DNA of 64,000 bases from a candidate division WOR-3 bacterium (GCA_029858255.1 JAOUFJ010000004.1:30936-94935), one strand, 5' to 3'. Positions 45,465 to 56,804 are shown, counted from the stretch's first letter. Notes: generated by a model not told the origin, from the letters alone. Program-made: numbers and translations.

Positions 45465-47879
45465 ATGCTGGATGAATTCTTACCTCTGGTAAGAAAACCG
45501 ATTCGCTACACCGGTGGCGAATACAACATTACGCTGAAGAAAAACCCGAAAATAAACATCGGGCTCATCTTCCCTGAAATCTACGAACTGGGCATGTCGA
45601 ATCTCGGGATAAAGATTGTATACCATCTCTTCAACCGCAAAAAAAACATACAATGCGAAAGGATCTTCGCTCCGTGGCCAGACTTCGGCGACAAAATGCG
45701 TGAATATCGCATTAAACCCTACGGGCTCGAGACCAGGCGAGAAATCGATGATTTCGATCTCTTGGGTTTTTCGCTGCAGAGCGAACTATGCTACACTACC
45801 GTACTGCATATTCTCGATCTGGCAGACATCCCATTTCGCGCTGCCGATCGTGGATCCAAACATCCCATCCTCATCGCCGGAGGTCCCGCCACGCTGAACC
45901 CGAGACCCATGTCCTCCGTCTTTGACGCGATTGTAGTTGGTGATGGTGAAAACGTAATCAGGGAAATCACCGAAATGCTCGAGGATATTCCGGCGGTGAA
46001 AAAAGACGACCGGCTCCGTGCCATGTCAAGATTGCCGGGTGTTTGGGTGCCACTAATCCACGGATACACAGCCAAAATACAAAAACAAACTGTCAGTTCG
46101 CTCGATGAAGACGCGGTACCCTTCCCCCCGATTCTGCCAACATGTGATATAACGCATGACCGCTACGTTGTCGAAGTCATGCGCGGCTGCACTTGGGGCT
46201 GTCGCTTTTGCCAGGCTGGTTATGCTAATCGGCCGGTGCGGATCAGACCCGAATCTGAAATATTGAGGATCGTAGAAAAAGGCATACGGCAGACCGGCTG
46301 GGAAGAAGTTTCGCTGCTATCATTTTCAATACTCGATTATCCTGATCTGCTTAATCTCATAAGGAAACTCAACGAAATGCTCAGGAAGAGAATGGTCAGC
46401 ATCTCGCTACCGGCTATGCGTGGTGAATTGTTCACCGAAGACCTGGCACTATTACTGAAGGAAATAAAGAAGAGCGGCCTGACCTTTGCTCCAGAAACCG
46501 CTAGCGACGAATTGAGGCGCCGGCTGAACAAATCCTTTTCAAATGAACGCCTGATCAATTCAATTCAGACGGCTTACCGCACGGGGTGGAAACAGGTCAA
46601 ACTATATTTCATGGTCGGATTGCCATTCGAAACCGATGCTGATATCAGAGAAATAAACAGATTGAGTGAGACCATACTCAAGGCTTGCCCGAGGGGAAGC
46701 CTTAAACTTTCGGTGAGCTCATTCGTTCCCAAGCCGCACACACCATTCGAATCCGTCGAATTTGCACCAATCGACGCACTGAGGAGAAAAATAGAACTGC
46801 TCAGAGCACACAAGAAACGCCGGGTTGAAGTGAAATATGAGTCTCCTGAAGTTTCGTATATCGAGGCACTACTGTCTAGGGCAGACGAGAAAATATTTCC
46901 TGCTATCGAAGCCGTATACCGGGCCGGCGGCAAATTCGAGGAATGGCGTGAGGGTTTCGATTTCTCGCGTTGGGAGAAAGCTCTGCAGCAGCACGGGATA
47001 GCGCCAGCGGATTACCTGAAACCAAAGACGGAAAATCCATGGGACATCGTTGACGTAGGGATCAGCAAAGAATTCCTGAACAAAGAATTCCAGAGATCCC
47101 GGCTTGCCCTCAAGACCGAAAACTGCTTCTACGAAAAATGCGTGAAATGCGGGGCATGCGACGGAAATCGACCGACTCATTACCAGGGCGATGACAAATA
47201 TCTCAGTGTCACGCCTGCAGCAAAAAGCGCGGGGAAGCAGGTGATATACAGGGTAAAATACTCTGTCGGCGAGGATTTCAGATATGCATCGCACCTCGAC
47301 ATTGCCAGGGCGATTTACCGTGGACTGCGCAGGTCAGATCTTCCGATAAAATTTACGCAGGGGTTTTCGCCAATACCCAAAATCTCCTTCTGCCCGCCGA
47401 AGAGTGTTGGACAAATATCAAAAGGTGATTTCTTCGATCTCTATCTCGATACAGAATACATCGGAAATATCTCAAGAGAATTGAACGCTCGATTCCCGTC
47501 GGGAATTCGGGTGTTGGACATTCGTGCTATCGAACCAAAAACTCTTTCTCTTTCCAGCTCCATTAATCTCATCAACTATGAGGTTAACATCAGAAGAGAG
47601 GATTTGAAGAAGTCGATCGATCCGACTTCAGAAGCGCCGGTCTACGTGAATACGAAGTCCGGCGAGAAGAACATCATGACCGGGGTTGATTCCATATCGA
47701 TCGACAACGGCAATCTTTCATGTGGTCTTTTTTATGGTGGGGGGCAGATTAACATATACGACCTTATTTCGTATTTGACAGATCTCCCACCTGATCAGGC
47801 TAAACGTTTCAAGGTAACAAGAACCACCATGTTCATAAAAAGAGAGAGTGAAAAATTTTCTCCAATGGAGGTCAAGTGA
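45465..47879 (+). CDS. B12-binding-domain radical SAM protein fused to a DUF2344 (radical SAM-linked) domain
   Basis: ORF track starts at TTG 45450. ATG 45465 gives MLDEFLPLVRKPIRYTGGE. Radical SAM cluster MRGCTWGCRFCQAG. C-terminal ~230 aa resemble DUF2344 (FRYASHLDIARAIYRGLRR). Confidence 0.8.
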   Translation: MLDEFLPLVRKPIRYTGGEYNITLKKNPKINIGLIFPEIYELGMSNLGIKIVYHLFNRKKNIQCERIFAPWPDFGDKMREYRIKPYGLETRREIDDFDLLGFSLQSELCYTTVLHILDLADIPFRAADRGSKHPILIAGGPATLNPRPMSSVFDAIVVGDGENVIREITEMLEDIPAVKKDDRLRAMSRLPGVWVPLIHGYTAKIQKQTVSSLDEDAVPFPPILPTCDITHDRYVVEVMRGCTWGCRFCQAGYANRPVRIRPESEILRIVEKGIRQTGWEEVSLLSFSILDYPDLLNLIRKLNEMLRKRMVSISLPAMRGELFTEDLALLLKEIKKSGLTFAPETASDELRRRLNKSFSNERLINSIQTAYRTGWKQVKLYFMVGLPFETDADIREINRLSETILKACPRGSLKLSVSSFVPKPHTPFESVEFAPIDALRRKIELLRAHKKRRVEVKYESPEVSYIEALLSRADEKIFPAIEAVYRAGGKFEEWREGFDFSRWEKALQQHGIAPADYLKPKTENPWDIVDVGISKEFLNKEFQRSRLALKTENCFYEKCVKCGACDGNRPTHYQGDDKYLSVTPAAKSAGKQVIYRVKYSVGEDFRYASHLDIARAIYRGLRRSDLPIKFTQGFSPIPKISFCPPKSVGQISKGDFFDLYLDTEYIGNISRELNARFPSGIRVLDIRAIEPKTLSLSSSINLINYEVNIRREDLKKSIDPTSEAPVYVNTKSGEKNIMTGVDSISIDNGNLSCGLFYGGGQINIYDLISYLTDLPPDQAKRFKVTRTTMFIKRESEKFSPMEVK

Positions 47880-49351
47880 GAAAAAAGGATATCATTGTTA
47901 ACATTTCACATTCCGAAACGAGAATAGCGGTGATGCAAGACGGCAGTTTCGCGGAATTCTATCTCGAACGCGCCGAGCGAACCAGTATTGTCGGCAATAT
48001 CTATAAAGGTAAGGTCCTGAATTTAATTTCTGGATTGAAGGCTGCCTTCGTGAACATCGGCATCGAGAAGAATGGATTTCTGCCGCTCAATGAAATCCCG
48101 TTTGAGGAATTCTCACAGGTCTTTGAGAGTGAAATCGAAATGGAACAGGAACGCCGTCCCGAAGAGATAAAATTACGTGAGAACCAGGAAATAGTAGTCC
48201 AGGTCACAAAGGATTCCTACGGGATAAAGGGTCCGCGCATCACGTCGTATATTTCTATCCCGGGCCGATATGTAGTATTGCTAGTGAATGCCAAGAACAT
48301 AGGCATTTCACGCAAGATTCGTCAAAGGCGCGTGCGGGAGATGCTCTTCAGGTCCACCAAGCACGTCAAGCCGCCCGGTATGGGGTTGATAATCAGAACA
48401 GCGGCGGCGCGCGCAAAGCCTGAAGAAATCAGAAAGGAAGTTGAAGTTCTGAAACGCGATTGGGATAGAAACATGGAAAAGGCCAAAAATCCGGCTCCCA
48501 TTCTCATCTACGAAGAACCGGATGCACTTATAAAGACCGTACGCGATATATTTAATAATGAAGTCCGGAATTTGTTCGTAGATTCGGCACCGGCATACAG
48601 TAAGATAATAAGTTATCTTGGCAAGGTATCGCCGCGTATGCGATCGCGTGTTAAATTATACCGGGATTCACAACCAATATTCGAAAAATACTCGGTAGAG
48701 GAAAAACTCAAGAGCATACTGGAAAGAAAGATCTGGCTGCCGAGCGGCGGATACATTGTGCTCGACCAGACCGAGGCACTGGTGACCATTGATGTTAACA
48801 CCGGCAAGTCTTCAAAGGAAAAACAAGCAGAGAAACTGGCTCTGTCTACAAATCTTGAAGCACTGAAGGAAATTGTGCGTCAATTACGGCTCCGCGATAT
48901 AGGAGGGTTAGTTATCGTTGATCTGATCGACCTTACAAAGAGAGATAATGTTGACCGGATGTTACGGGAATTCAAGTCCATGATCCGCGAAGATAAGGCA
49001 CGTTATCGAATAGGCGGAATCAGTGAATTCGGTCTCCTTGAATTCACACGCGAACGATCGCGGTCCAGTATTACCTCAAGCCTGAGTGAGGCATGCCCGA
49101 CCTGTAAAGGAAGAGGCAGAACGATGTCCCGGATGAGCGCATTCGGTTACATTGAACGCTGGTTCATGCACAACGGGCAGAATATTAGAGGAAAAATGGT
49201 CGAACTGCAGACGTCCCCAAGGCTGGCAGATTTCCTCAGTCTACAACAATCGGGAACGATAGCTACAATTGCTAAAGAATACAATCTTATTCTGCGCATC
49301 AAAGCGGATTACGCCTTTAATGAAGGGGATTTCAGGGTCGTGGTGCTCTGA
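47876..49351 (+). CDS. rng: Rne/Rng-family ribonuclease (RNase G-like)
   Basis: S1 domain GNIYKGKVLNL, catalytic core (DVNTGK), zinc-link CPTCKGRGR. GTGA overlap with the radical SAM gene. Confidence 0.85.
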   Translation: MRKKDIIVNISHSETRIAVMQDGSFAEFYLERAERTSIVGNIYKGKVLNLISGLKAAFVNIGIEKNGFLPLNEIPFEEFSQVFESEIEMEQERRPEEIKLRENQEIVVQVTKDSYGIKGPRITSYISIPGRYVVLLVNAKNIGISRKIRQRRVREMLFRSTKHVKPPGMGLIIRTAAARAKPEEIRKEVEVLKRDWDRNMEKAKNPAPILIYEEPDALIKTVRDIFNNEVRNLFVDSAPAYSKIISYLGKVSPRMRSRVKLYRDSQPIFEKYSVEEKLKSILERKIWLPSGGYIVLDQTEALVTIDVNTGKSSKEKQAEKLALSTNLEALKEIVRQLRLRDIGGLVIVDLIDLTKRDNVDRMLREFKSMIREDKARYRIGGISEFGLLEFTRERSRSSITSSLSEACPTCKGRGRTMSRMSAFGYIERWFMHNGQNIRGKMVELQTSPRLADFLSLQQSGTIATIAKEYNLILRIKADYAFNEGDFRVVVL

Positions 49352-49375
49352 TACGATAAGGGAAGGGATCGAAAA

Positions 49376-51271
49376 ATGCAGGTATTCAATGGCGGTATTA
49401 CCGACAGCGAAATAGAAAAACTAAAGGAAAATGCCCGGCTCTGCCGTGGTGATATTATCAAGATGACGACCGTCGCGGGTTCCGGGCATCCGGGCGGCTC
49501 GATGTCTTCAATTGACATTTATCTGACACTGTATACGCACGCGCGAATCTCCCCGGATACCGTGCACGACATTACTCGTGACCGTATAATCGTCAGCCAC
49601 GGCCACACATCTCCCGGCTTGTATGCATGTCTTGCGCGGCTGGGGTTTATAGACCGTGATGACCTGCTGTCTTGTTTCAGAAAAGCGGACAGCCCGTACG
49701 AGGGGCATATCGAACGGAATGTTCCAGGCGTCGAATGGACAACGGGCAATCTTGGACAGGGACTTTCTGCCGGCTGCGGGTTCGCTCTGGGTGCTCGGCT
49801 GAATGGACTTGACTACCATACCTTTGTCGTAATGAGTGATGGCGAGCAGGCAAAAGGGCAGGTTGCAGAGGCAAGGCGGTTCGCCCGTAAGTATGAACTG
49901 AATGCGCTCACCGTGATCATCGACCACAATCACATTCAAATATCAGGCAGAACCGAGGAAATCATGCCGGTCAATATCAAAGAGAATTTTCTCGCTGACG
50001 GATGGCGGGTACTGGAGATCTCCGGGCATGACTTCGCAGAAATCCACGAAGCGGTACGACAATCGATCTCGGACAAAGACAATCCATGCGTTATCATTGC
50101 CGAAACAGTAATCGGCAAAGGCGTTTCATTCATGGAGAACAAGAGGGAATACCACGGACGCGCATTGAACACGGAGGAATGCAGTAACGCCTTGAAAGAG
50201 CTGGGCATCGAGAATGATGTCGATGTTATCCGCAAGTCTCGCAACACGAGGAAGGTCAGGAATTACAATCATTATACAACACCACTGCCTTCATTGAATA
50301 CGGGTTCACCAAAACGATACGAGAAGGAAACACATCCAAGGGTCGTGTTCGGCAATGTCTTGAAAGAACTTGCGCAGGCCAATCCCCATACACCGATTGC
50401 CGTGTTCGACTGCGACCTGGCCGAATCGGTCAAATCAAATGAGTTCGCCGAGATACGGCCCCAGAATTTCTTCGAGGCGGGCGTTAGCGAGCACTCAACA
50501 GCGACGACGGCAGGCGCGTTGTCGATCAACGGCGTAATCACTCTCTGGGCAGATTTTGGCGTTTTCGCAATCGACGAAGTCTACAATCAACAGCGGCTCA
50601 ACGACATCAATCATACAAATCTCAAGGTCTGCGCCACACATCTCGGATATAATGTCGGCCCCGACGGTAAGACTCACCATTGCATTGATTATATTGGTCT
50701 CCTCAGAGGACTCTTTGGTTTTAAATTGATAATTCCAGGTGACCCGAATCAAACTGACCACGCAGTCCGCTATATGATGTCGCAAGCCGGCAACTATGCG
50801 ATCGGTATCAGCCGGTCGAAATTGCCGGCGCTTACGACGATCGACGGAAAGTTATTTTATGACGAAAACTACAAATTCGAATACGGAAAGTGCGACTTGC
50901 TGAGACCTGGCAAGGACTGCACGCTATTCACTTACGGCATCATGCTTCCAATTGCGGTGAGCGCCTGGGCTAAGCTAAAGGAGGACGGCATCAGCGCGGC
51001 CGTATACAATATCCCGTGTCCTCTTGATGTCGGCAAAGACACGCTGACAAAAGCGGCCTCTACGGGATTGATCATCACCTGCGAAGACCACATAGTAGGC
51101 ACCGGCTTGGGCAGCACGATCGCTCAATCTATCGTGCGCAACAGACTAACGACGCCTGTGGTCGAAATCGGCATCGGACAATATGGTGCTTCAGACGAGC
51201 ACGACAATCTTCTCAGGAAATACGGGTTGGATGTGGACTCTCTGGTTAGGACCGTAAAAGAGCATATTTGA
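49376..51271 (+). CDS. tkt: transketolase
   Basis: GSGHPGGSMSSIDIY, HGHTSPGLY, GNLGQGLS, MSDGEQ.KGQ, followed by Pyr and C-terminal domains. Confidence 0.85.
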   Translation: MQVFNGGITDSEIEKLKENARLCRGDIIKMTTVAGSGHPGGSMSSIDIYLTLYTHARISPDTVHDITRDRIIVSHGHTSPGLYACLARLGFIDRDDLLSCFRKADSPYEGHIERNVPGVEWTTGNLGQGLSAGCGFALGARLNGLDYHTFVVMSDGEQAKGQVAEARRFARKYELNALTVIIDHNHIQISGRTEEIMPVNIKENFLADGWRVLEISGHDFAEIHEAVRQSISDKDNPCVIIAETVIGKGVSFMENKREYHGRALNTEECSNALKELGIENDVDVIRKSRNTRKVRNYNHYTTPLPSLNTGSPKRYEKETHPRVVFGNVLKELAQANPHTPIAVFDCDLAESVKSNEFAEIRPQNFFEAGVSEHSTATTAGALSINGVITLWADFGVFAIDEVYNQQRLNDINHTNLKVCATHLGYNVGPDGKTHHCIDYIGLLRGLFGFKLIIPGDPNQTDHAVRYMMSQAGNYAIGISRSKLPALTTIDGKLFYDENYKFEYGKCDLLRPGKDCTLFTYGIMLPIAVSAWAKLKEDGISAAVYNIPCPLDVGKDTLTKAASTGLIITCEDHIVGTGLGSTIAQSIVRNRLTTPVVEIGIGQYGASDEHDNLLRKYGLDVDSLVRTVKEHI

Positions 51272-51400
51272 TCTGAAAATCTAACACGTGTACTCTCTTC
51301 GACTGATTATTTCGCATCACTGCAGTACGAGTCGTTTTCAAGTTTTTCCTCGATCCCCTTGACCGTAAAAGGATATGGCAAAACGCAGCGCAATAAGTAG

Positions 51401-51814
51401 ATGAAAAAACCTTACCGGTACCTTGACCACACCGCCGATCTGGGCATTGAAATCTCCGGACATGGGCTCGAGGATCTATTCGCGAATATCGGACGGGCGA
51501 TATTTGAGACCCAGATCATCGGCACCATCCGGGCAAGTAAAGAAAGATCGATAGATCTCACTAGCGACTCGCTCGACGAACTTACCATCGATTGGTGCCG
51601 GGAATTACTCTATGTTTTCTCGGTTGAAGGTTTCATTCCCAAAAAATACACGATCCGAATAAAGGAACAATCGTTACAGGCCCACCTGTTCGGTGATGAA
51701 TTCGACACAAAACGCCATCGCGTGAGAATCGAAATAAAAAAACCCACTTACCATAATTTTTTACTGGAAGAAAAAAAGGGTGTGTACAAAACCAGTATCA
51801 TTTTTGACGTATGA
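51401..51814 (+). CDS. archease
   Basis: N-terminus YRYLDHTADLGIEISG and length of 137 aa are typical of archease. Confidence 0.8.
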   Translation: MKKPYRYLDHTADLGIEISGHGLEDLFANIGRAIFETQIIGTIRASKERSIDLTSDSLDELTIDWCRELLYVFSVEGFIPKKYTIRIKEQSLQAHLFGDEFDTKRHRVRIEIKKPTYHNFLLEEKKGVYKTSIIFDV

Positions 51815-52374
51815 AGGGAAGCACAAGGGGTCATATTGTATCCGTCCTCCTGTTCCTCATGCTCATCACCCCTGTATCACAGGCGGAGAAATCAGATGCC
51901 GGTGATGACAGTAAATGCACAGAGGCAGAGTGCCACAAGAAATTCGCTATTGAATGCAACAATGAGGTCTGGGGTCTACTAACAAGAGAATCCAGAACCG
52001 AGCAGGAAGATGAGAACATGATCCACGCTGCCCATGCTTCACACTATCACTGGAGCAAGATCGGAAAACCAATAAACATACAGCGGGGACACTGGCTGAT
52101 CTCCCATGTTTACGCGGTCTTGAATAAACCTGACCAGGCTTTATACCACGCCAAAAAATGTTTGTCCCTGACCGAAGAACACGGCTTTGTCGACTTTGAC
52201 ATGGCTTACGCCTATGAAGCGATGGCAAGAGCGAATGCAGTAGCAGGCAATGAATTAGAGGCAACCAAATACCTGAAAATGGCGCGCGATGCGGCTGAAA
52301 AGATAAAAGCGGAAGACGACCGCCAGCTCTTCAACAGTGATCTCAAGGCAGGACCGTGGTACGGAGTGGAATAG
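51811..52374 (+). CDS. hypothetical secreted protein
   Basis: Signal peptide. Helical, TPR-like C-terminal half. ATGA overlap with archease. Confidence 0.45.
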   Translation: MKGSTRGHIVSVLLFLMLITPVSQAEKSDAGDDSKCTEAECHKKFAIECNNEVWGLLTRESRTEQEDENMIHAAHASHYHWSKIGKPINIQRGHWLISHVYAVLNKPDQALYHAKKCLSLTEEHGFVDFDMAYAYEAMARANAVAGNELEATKYLKMARDAAEKIKAEDDRQLFNSDLKAGPWYGVE

Positions 52375-52417
52375 AACTACACCGCATCACAAATATGGCA
52401 AACAGAGCTATAAAAAT

Positions 52418-53707
52418 ATGATCACCGGCCAAAGATCAAAAAGGACGACCCTGCTCAATCTTTCATCATTCCAGATCCTGACAATGTTCCGAAGAGGTCT
52501 GTTCTACAGCTATCTTTCGATATATCTCCGGTTTTTCCTCGGTTTGAGCGTGACCGAAACGACTCTCTTTGCCACCCTGCCTATGGTGCTCAACGTGGTC
52601 TTCCAAAGATTCGTGTGGGGAGCACTTTCGGACAAGTATCAAAAGAGAAGAACATATATTATTATGGGCGAGGTGCTGGCAGCAGTCGGCACGCTGCTTG
52701 TCTGGTATCTTCATAAACTCCCGGAATCCAGGTCTACCGCAGGGTATATCATCATCATCGGCCTGTCAGTGGTCGAGATATTCTGGTCTATGTCCAACAT
52801 CGGATGGAGCGCGATCATCTCCGACCTGTATCCGGAAGGTGAACGTACCGGCGTCCAGGGTAAACTTTCCAGTCTCGGCGCCATTGGTAGAATAGTCGGC
52901 GTACTGATCGGCGGCCTGGCATATGACGGGCTTGCCCGCTATTACGAGGGATGGGGGTTTGACAACGGATTTCTCTTCTTCGTCGCATCCGGGATAATGC
53001 TCGTATCGACCATTCCCATGTTCTTCGTACCAGAAGGCGGCGTAAGTGCCGGGCAGCCACAGAGTTCAAGCACGCATACCCACGCAAGGACGCTCTCGCG
53101 CGTGTTCGCGGTATTCATGCTGGCGATGATCTTCATCAATTTCGGCCGTAATTCGATCGCTATCATAAAGGCACAATACCTGTCCCTCGACACCGGATTC
53201 AACGTATCGAGCCAGGTCCTCAGCTACATAGTGAATATGGAGTCACTTGCCATCTTCATCGTTGGATTGTTCATTTCGCGATTGTCGAAATCGTACAAGG
53301 ACGCTACCCTGCTGTTCGCCGGTGCGACGGTCGCAATCTTCAGCCTAGTCGGGTTTGCGCTAGCTTCAACATTGCCCCTCATCTACGTGTGCAACTTCCT
53401 TCTCGGTGTCTCCATGGTCATCATTCTATCGGCATCATACTCCTACGCCTCACAATTGATCCCTCCGGACCGTCGCGGCAAACAATTCGCCTGGTTCAAT
53501 GCTACGTTCTTTCTCAGCTGGGGCATGGCAGCGACCATCGTCTCCGGGCCAATCGTTGACCTGCTGATAAGGTCTGGCGCCTCCGAGGTGTTCGCCTACC
53601 GGATGTCATTCTTTGCTTCGGCGCTGCTGGTGGTGATCGGATTGCTGATACTATTCCTTGCCGACCGCATGAGGCGACACGCAATAGAAGATCGCCCGCA
53701 ATCATAG
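52418..53707 (+). CDS. MFS transporter
   Basis: ORF track starts at 52337 (overlapping the upstream gene). ATG 52418 precedes 12 predicted TM segments. Confidence 0.7.
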   Translation: MITGQRSKRTTLLNLSSFQILTMFRRGLFYSYLSIYLRFFLGLSVTETTLFATLPMVLNVVFQRFVWGALSDKYQKRRTYIIMGEVLAAVGTLLVWYLHKLPESRSTAGYIIIIGLSVVEIFWSMSNIGWSAIISDLYPEGERTGVQGKLSSLGAIGRIVGVLIGGLAYDGLARYYEGWGFDNGFLFFVASGIMLVSTIPMFFVPEGGVSAGQPQSSSTHTHARTLSRVFAVFMLAMIFINFGRNSIAIIKAQYLSLDTGFNVSSQVLSYIVNMESLAIFIVGLFISRLSKSYKDATLLFAGATVAIFSLVGFALASTLPLIYVCNFLLGVSMVIILSASYSYASQLIPPDRRGKQFAWFNATFFLSWGMAATIVSGPIVDLLIRSGASEVFAYRMSFFASALLVVIGLLILFLADRMRRHAIEDRPQS

Positions 53708-53774
53708 TTATTGCCCAAATTCTTTATACCAAGGCCTGTTAGAGGCCACAATTGTCTGTAGAACGCAGTCTGTC

Positions 53775-53802
53775 TTGACTTTGTTCCATTTCTGCATACA
53801 AT
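53775..53802 (+). promoter_or_regulatory. sigma70-type promoter of the V-ATPase genes (TTGACT-16-TACAAT), leaderless configuration
   Basis: TTGACT 53775-53780, TACAAT 53797-53802, 5 nt to ATG 53808. Confidence 0.55.
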
Positions 53803-53807
53803 AGGGT

Positions 53808-54128
53808 ATGAAATTGATCGAAGAAATCAAGAAAGCCGAAGAAAAAGCCGAAATTCTGAAGAAAAATACCGTGAGCGAGGGGCAGTCACTTGTCGAAAAA
53901 GCACGGGAAAAAGGCGAGAAAGACCTTGCGGCTCTTGATGATTTGAGGGAAAAACAACTGGGAAAGGCGCTGGATAAGGCTCAGCAGATCGTTGGCAGCG
54001 AAGTCGCCAAAATCGACGCGGAACATGAACAAGCATCAAAAGAAATCAATGAGTCATATAAAAAAAACAAAGATAAAACTATCAAAAGAATCCAAGAAAT
54101 AATCCTCAAATGGCCGTCCTCCCAGTAG
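53808..54128 (+). CDS. V/A-type ATPase peripheral-stalk subunit (NtpF/G-like coiled coil)
   Basis: 106-aa charged coiled coil (IEEIKKAEEKAEILKK..). Position ahead of subunit I as in ntpFIKE. Confidence 0.55.
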   Translation: MKLIEEIKKAEEKAEILKKNTVSEGQSLVEKAREKGEKDLAALDDLREKQLGKALDKAQQIVGSEVAKIDAEHEQASKEINESYKKNKDKTIKRIQEIILKWPSSQ

Positions 54129-56197
54129 AAAAAATACACATTGTTGTTTACAAGGGTATAAAGGATAAATTCCTTCAAGAATTGCAGAAGGAAGGAATAA
54201 TCCATATTACAGAACAGGAGGAATCAACCACCGAGGTGTCGACCGACCTGAGCCGTATCGATGATGTACTCAACCAGCTGACTAGTTATAAGAAACGCAG
54301 CCCGCTTTCGATGTTCTTCAACGTAAGACGCCCCATGCCCTATGCCATGTTTGTTGAAACGACCCGATCTTATGATCACAAGAAAACCGTTACCCAACTT
54401 GAATCTATCAGAACCGAACGGGACAAGATGTTCAGCCGCACCAAACAGATTGAGGATGAGATATCATTACTTACACCGTGGAACCCATTCAGTTCAGACC
54501 TGGCGACCCTGAAAGAATTCAAACAGACCGATAGTATCCCCGTAATGATTCCTTCTTCAGAACTACTCGAGCAGATGGCCGACGCAATTGCTGATATACC
54601 ATATTCCGAGGAAAAAGTGAACACTGTGAGTACGGTCCAATATCACCTTTTCTTCGTAAAAAAAGAACAAAGTGCACAACTACGCGCCCGACTCATAGAG
54701 AATGGATGTGAAATTGTGGATTTCCGCTCCCTCAAGGGTATTCCCGGAGAATTGCTAAAGAAACTCGAGAAGGATTTGGTGGCGGCGCGAAGAAAAATAG
54801 AGGACTTGAATGAACTGGAAAAGAGTCTGGCCCATGAGATCGACAAAATAGAAGCAACGGCTGACCTTCTTTCAATCGCCAAGAAGAAAGAAGATCTGGC
54901 CGGGGCACTGCCGGAGACAATAAGCACAACGAACATAATCGGTTGGGTGCTCAAACGCAACTTGAAACGGCTGGACAATATCGTTGATAGGTTTGGGCTC
55001 GTCTTTTACGAAAAAATCGAAAGAGATCCGGATGAAAAACCGCCGGTAGCATTACGAAATGTGACCCTTAGCAGGCCATACGAAATGTTAGTAAAACTCT
55101 ACAGCATGCCCGACCCGAAAGAGTATGATCCAACACCGTTTCTAGCGTTTTTCTTCCCGGTCATGTTTAGTCTATGCATTACCGATGCCCTATATGGAAT
55201 TCTGTTGATACTTATTTCGCTGTATCTGATGCGCCGTGTCACCGGTGATAAGAGTCTTTTCAGAATACTCCTTGTCGGCGGCATCCTTACGATATTCGCG
55301 GGCGCCATGGTTGGAGGCTGGGGCGGTGATATCTTTGAGTACATTGGCTTCCAGCCGCTCATCAGGTTCCGCAGGGCGCTTATGCTGTTCGATCCGGTGA
55401 CCGATCCGATGATCTTCATTGCCATAGCACTTGGCTTGGGTTTCATTCACATGATGCTCGGCATCGCTATTGAAATCTATGATGATATTAAGAACGGAGA
55501 ATACGAACAGGCGATATTTGCCAACCTCACGTGGTTCATAATCCTACCGTCCATCATTCTGTATTTCAGCATCTTCTCATCATCGCCTACGGCAAAAATG
55601 GCACTTGAGGTAATAATCTGGACCTGCATCGTAGGGGTCGTCCTTGCTTCTCATCCGGAAGGAAGCCCCAAGGTTATTGACCAGATCATATGGGCACCGA
55701 TAATGTTTCTGCTATGGTATGCGGTAACCAGCTTTGCCTTCGGATTCCTTGGCATTGAATACGTCATCAAAGTTCCGGCATTTGCCTACTTGCTAGCCCT
55801 CCCGTTGCTCATATTGGAGTTCACGCGCATAAAAGCGATGAAACAGGTGTTGGGTAAAGCCGCCTGGGGGTTATACAACTTATACGGCATATCAAGTTAC
55901 CTCGGTGTTCTCCTGTCATATGTAAGGTTGATGGCCCTGGGCATGGTTACCGGTGTGATCGCAATTGCCATTAATAAAATCGCATGGATGATAACAGGTA
56001 TACCGGTTCTGGGTATTATACTGGCAATCGTCATTCTCATACCAAGCCATCTATTCAATCTCATCATCAATACACTGGGTGGTTTTATTCACACTATGCG
56101 CCTTCAATATATCGAATTCTTCGGCAGATTTTACAGCGGCGGAAGCAAACCATTCAAGCCATTTCAGATGGAAACCGACTATGTTGAAATTAAGTAA
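54110..56197 (+). CDS. ntpI: V-type ATPase subunit I (a-subunit)
   Basis: About 330-aa hydrophilic N-domain plus a polytopic C-domain with the conserved Arg context (LSYVRLMALG). Confidence 0.85.
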   Translation: MAVLPVEKIHIVVYKGIKDKFLQELQKEGIIHITEQEESTTEVSTDLSRIDDVLNQLTSYKKRSPLSMFFNVRRPMPYAMFVETTRSYDHKKTVTQLESIRTERDKMFSRTKQIEDEISLLTPWNPFSSDLATLKEFKQTDSIPVMIPSSELLEQMADAIADIPYSEEKVNTVSTVQYHLFFVKKEQSAQLRARLIENGCEIVDFRSLKGIPGELLKKLEKDLVAARRKIEDLNELEKSLAHEIDKIEATADLLSIAKKKEDLAGALPETISTTNIIGWVLKRNLKRLDNIVDRFGLVFYEKIERDPDEKPPVALRNVTLSRPYEMLVKLYSMPDPKEYDPTPFLAFFFPVMFSLCITDALYGILLILISLYLMRRVTGDKSLFRILLVGGILTIFAGAMVGGWGGDIFEYIGFQPLIRFRRALMLFDPVTDPMIFIAIALGLGFIHMMLGIAIEIYDDIKNGEYEQAIFANLTWFIILPSIILYFSIFSSSPTAKMALEVIIWTCIVGVVLASHPEGSPKVIDQIIWAPIMFLLWYAVTSFAFGFLGIEYVIKVPAFAYLLALPLLILEFTRIKAMKQVLGKAAWGLYNLYGISSYLGVLLSYVRLMALGMVTGVIAIAINKIAWMITGIPVLGIILAIVILIPSHLFNLIINTLGGFIHTMRLQYIEFFGRFYSGGSKPFKPFQMETDYVEIK

Positions 56198-56207
56198 CAT
56201 CTGTTTA

Positions 56208-56803
<596 letters not shown>

Positions 56804-56804
56804 C

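Noticed and set aside
51289-51345. Possible terminator after tkt (CGACT..AGTCG followed by TTTTCAAGTTTTT).
   Set aside because: The stem is short and imperfect, so there is not enough support to annotate it.
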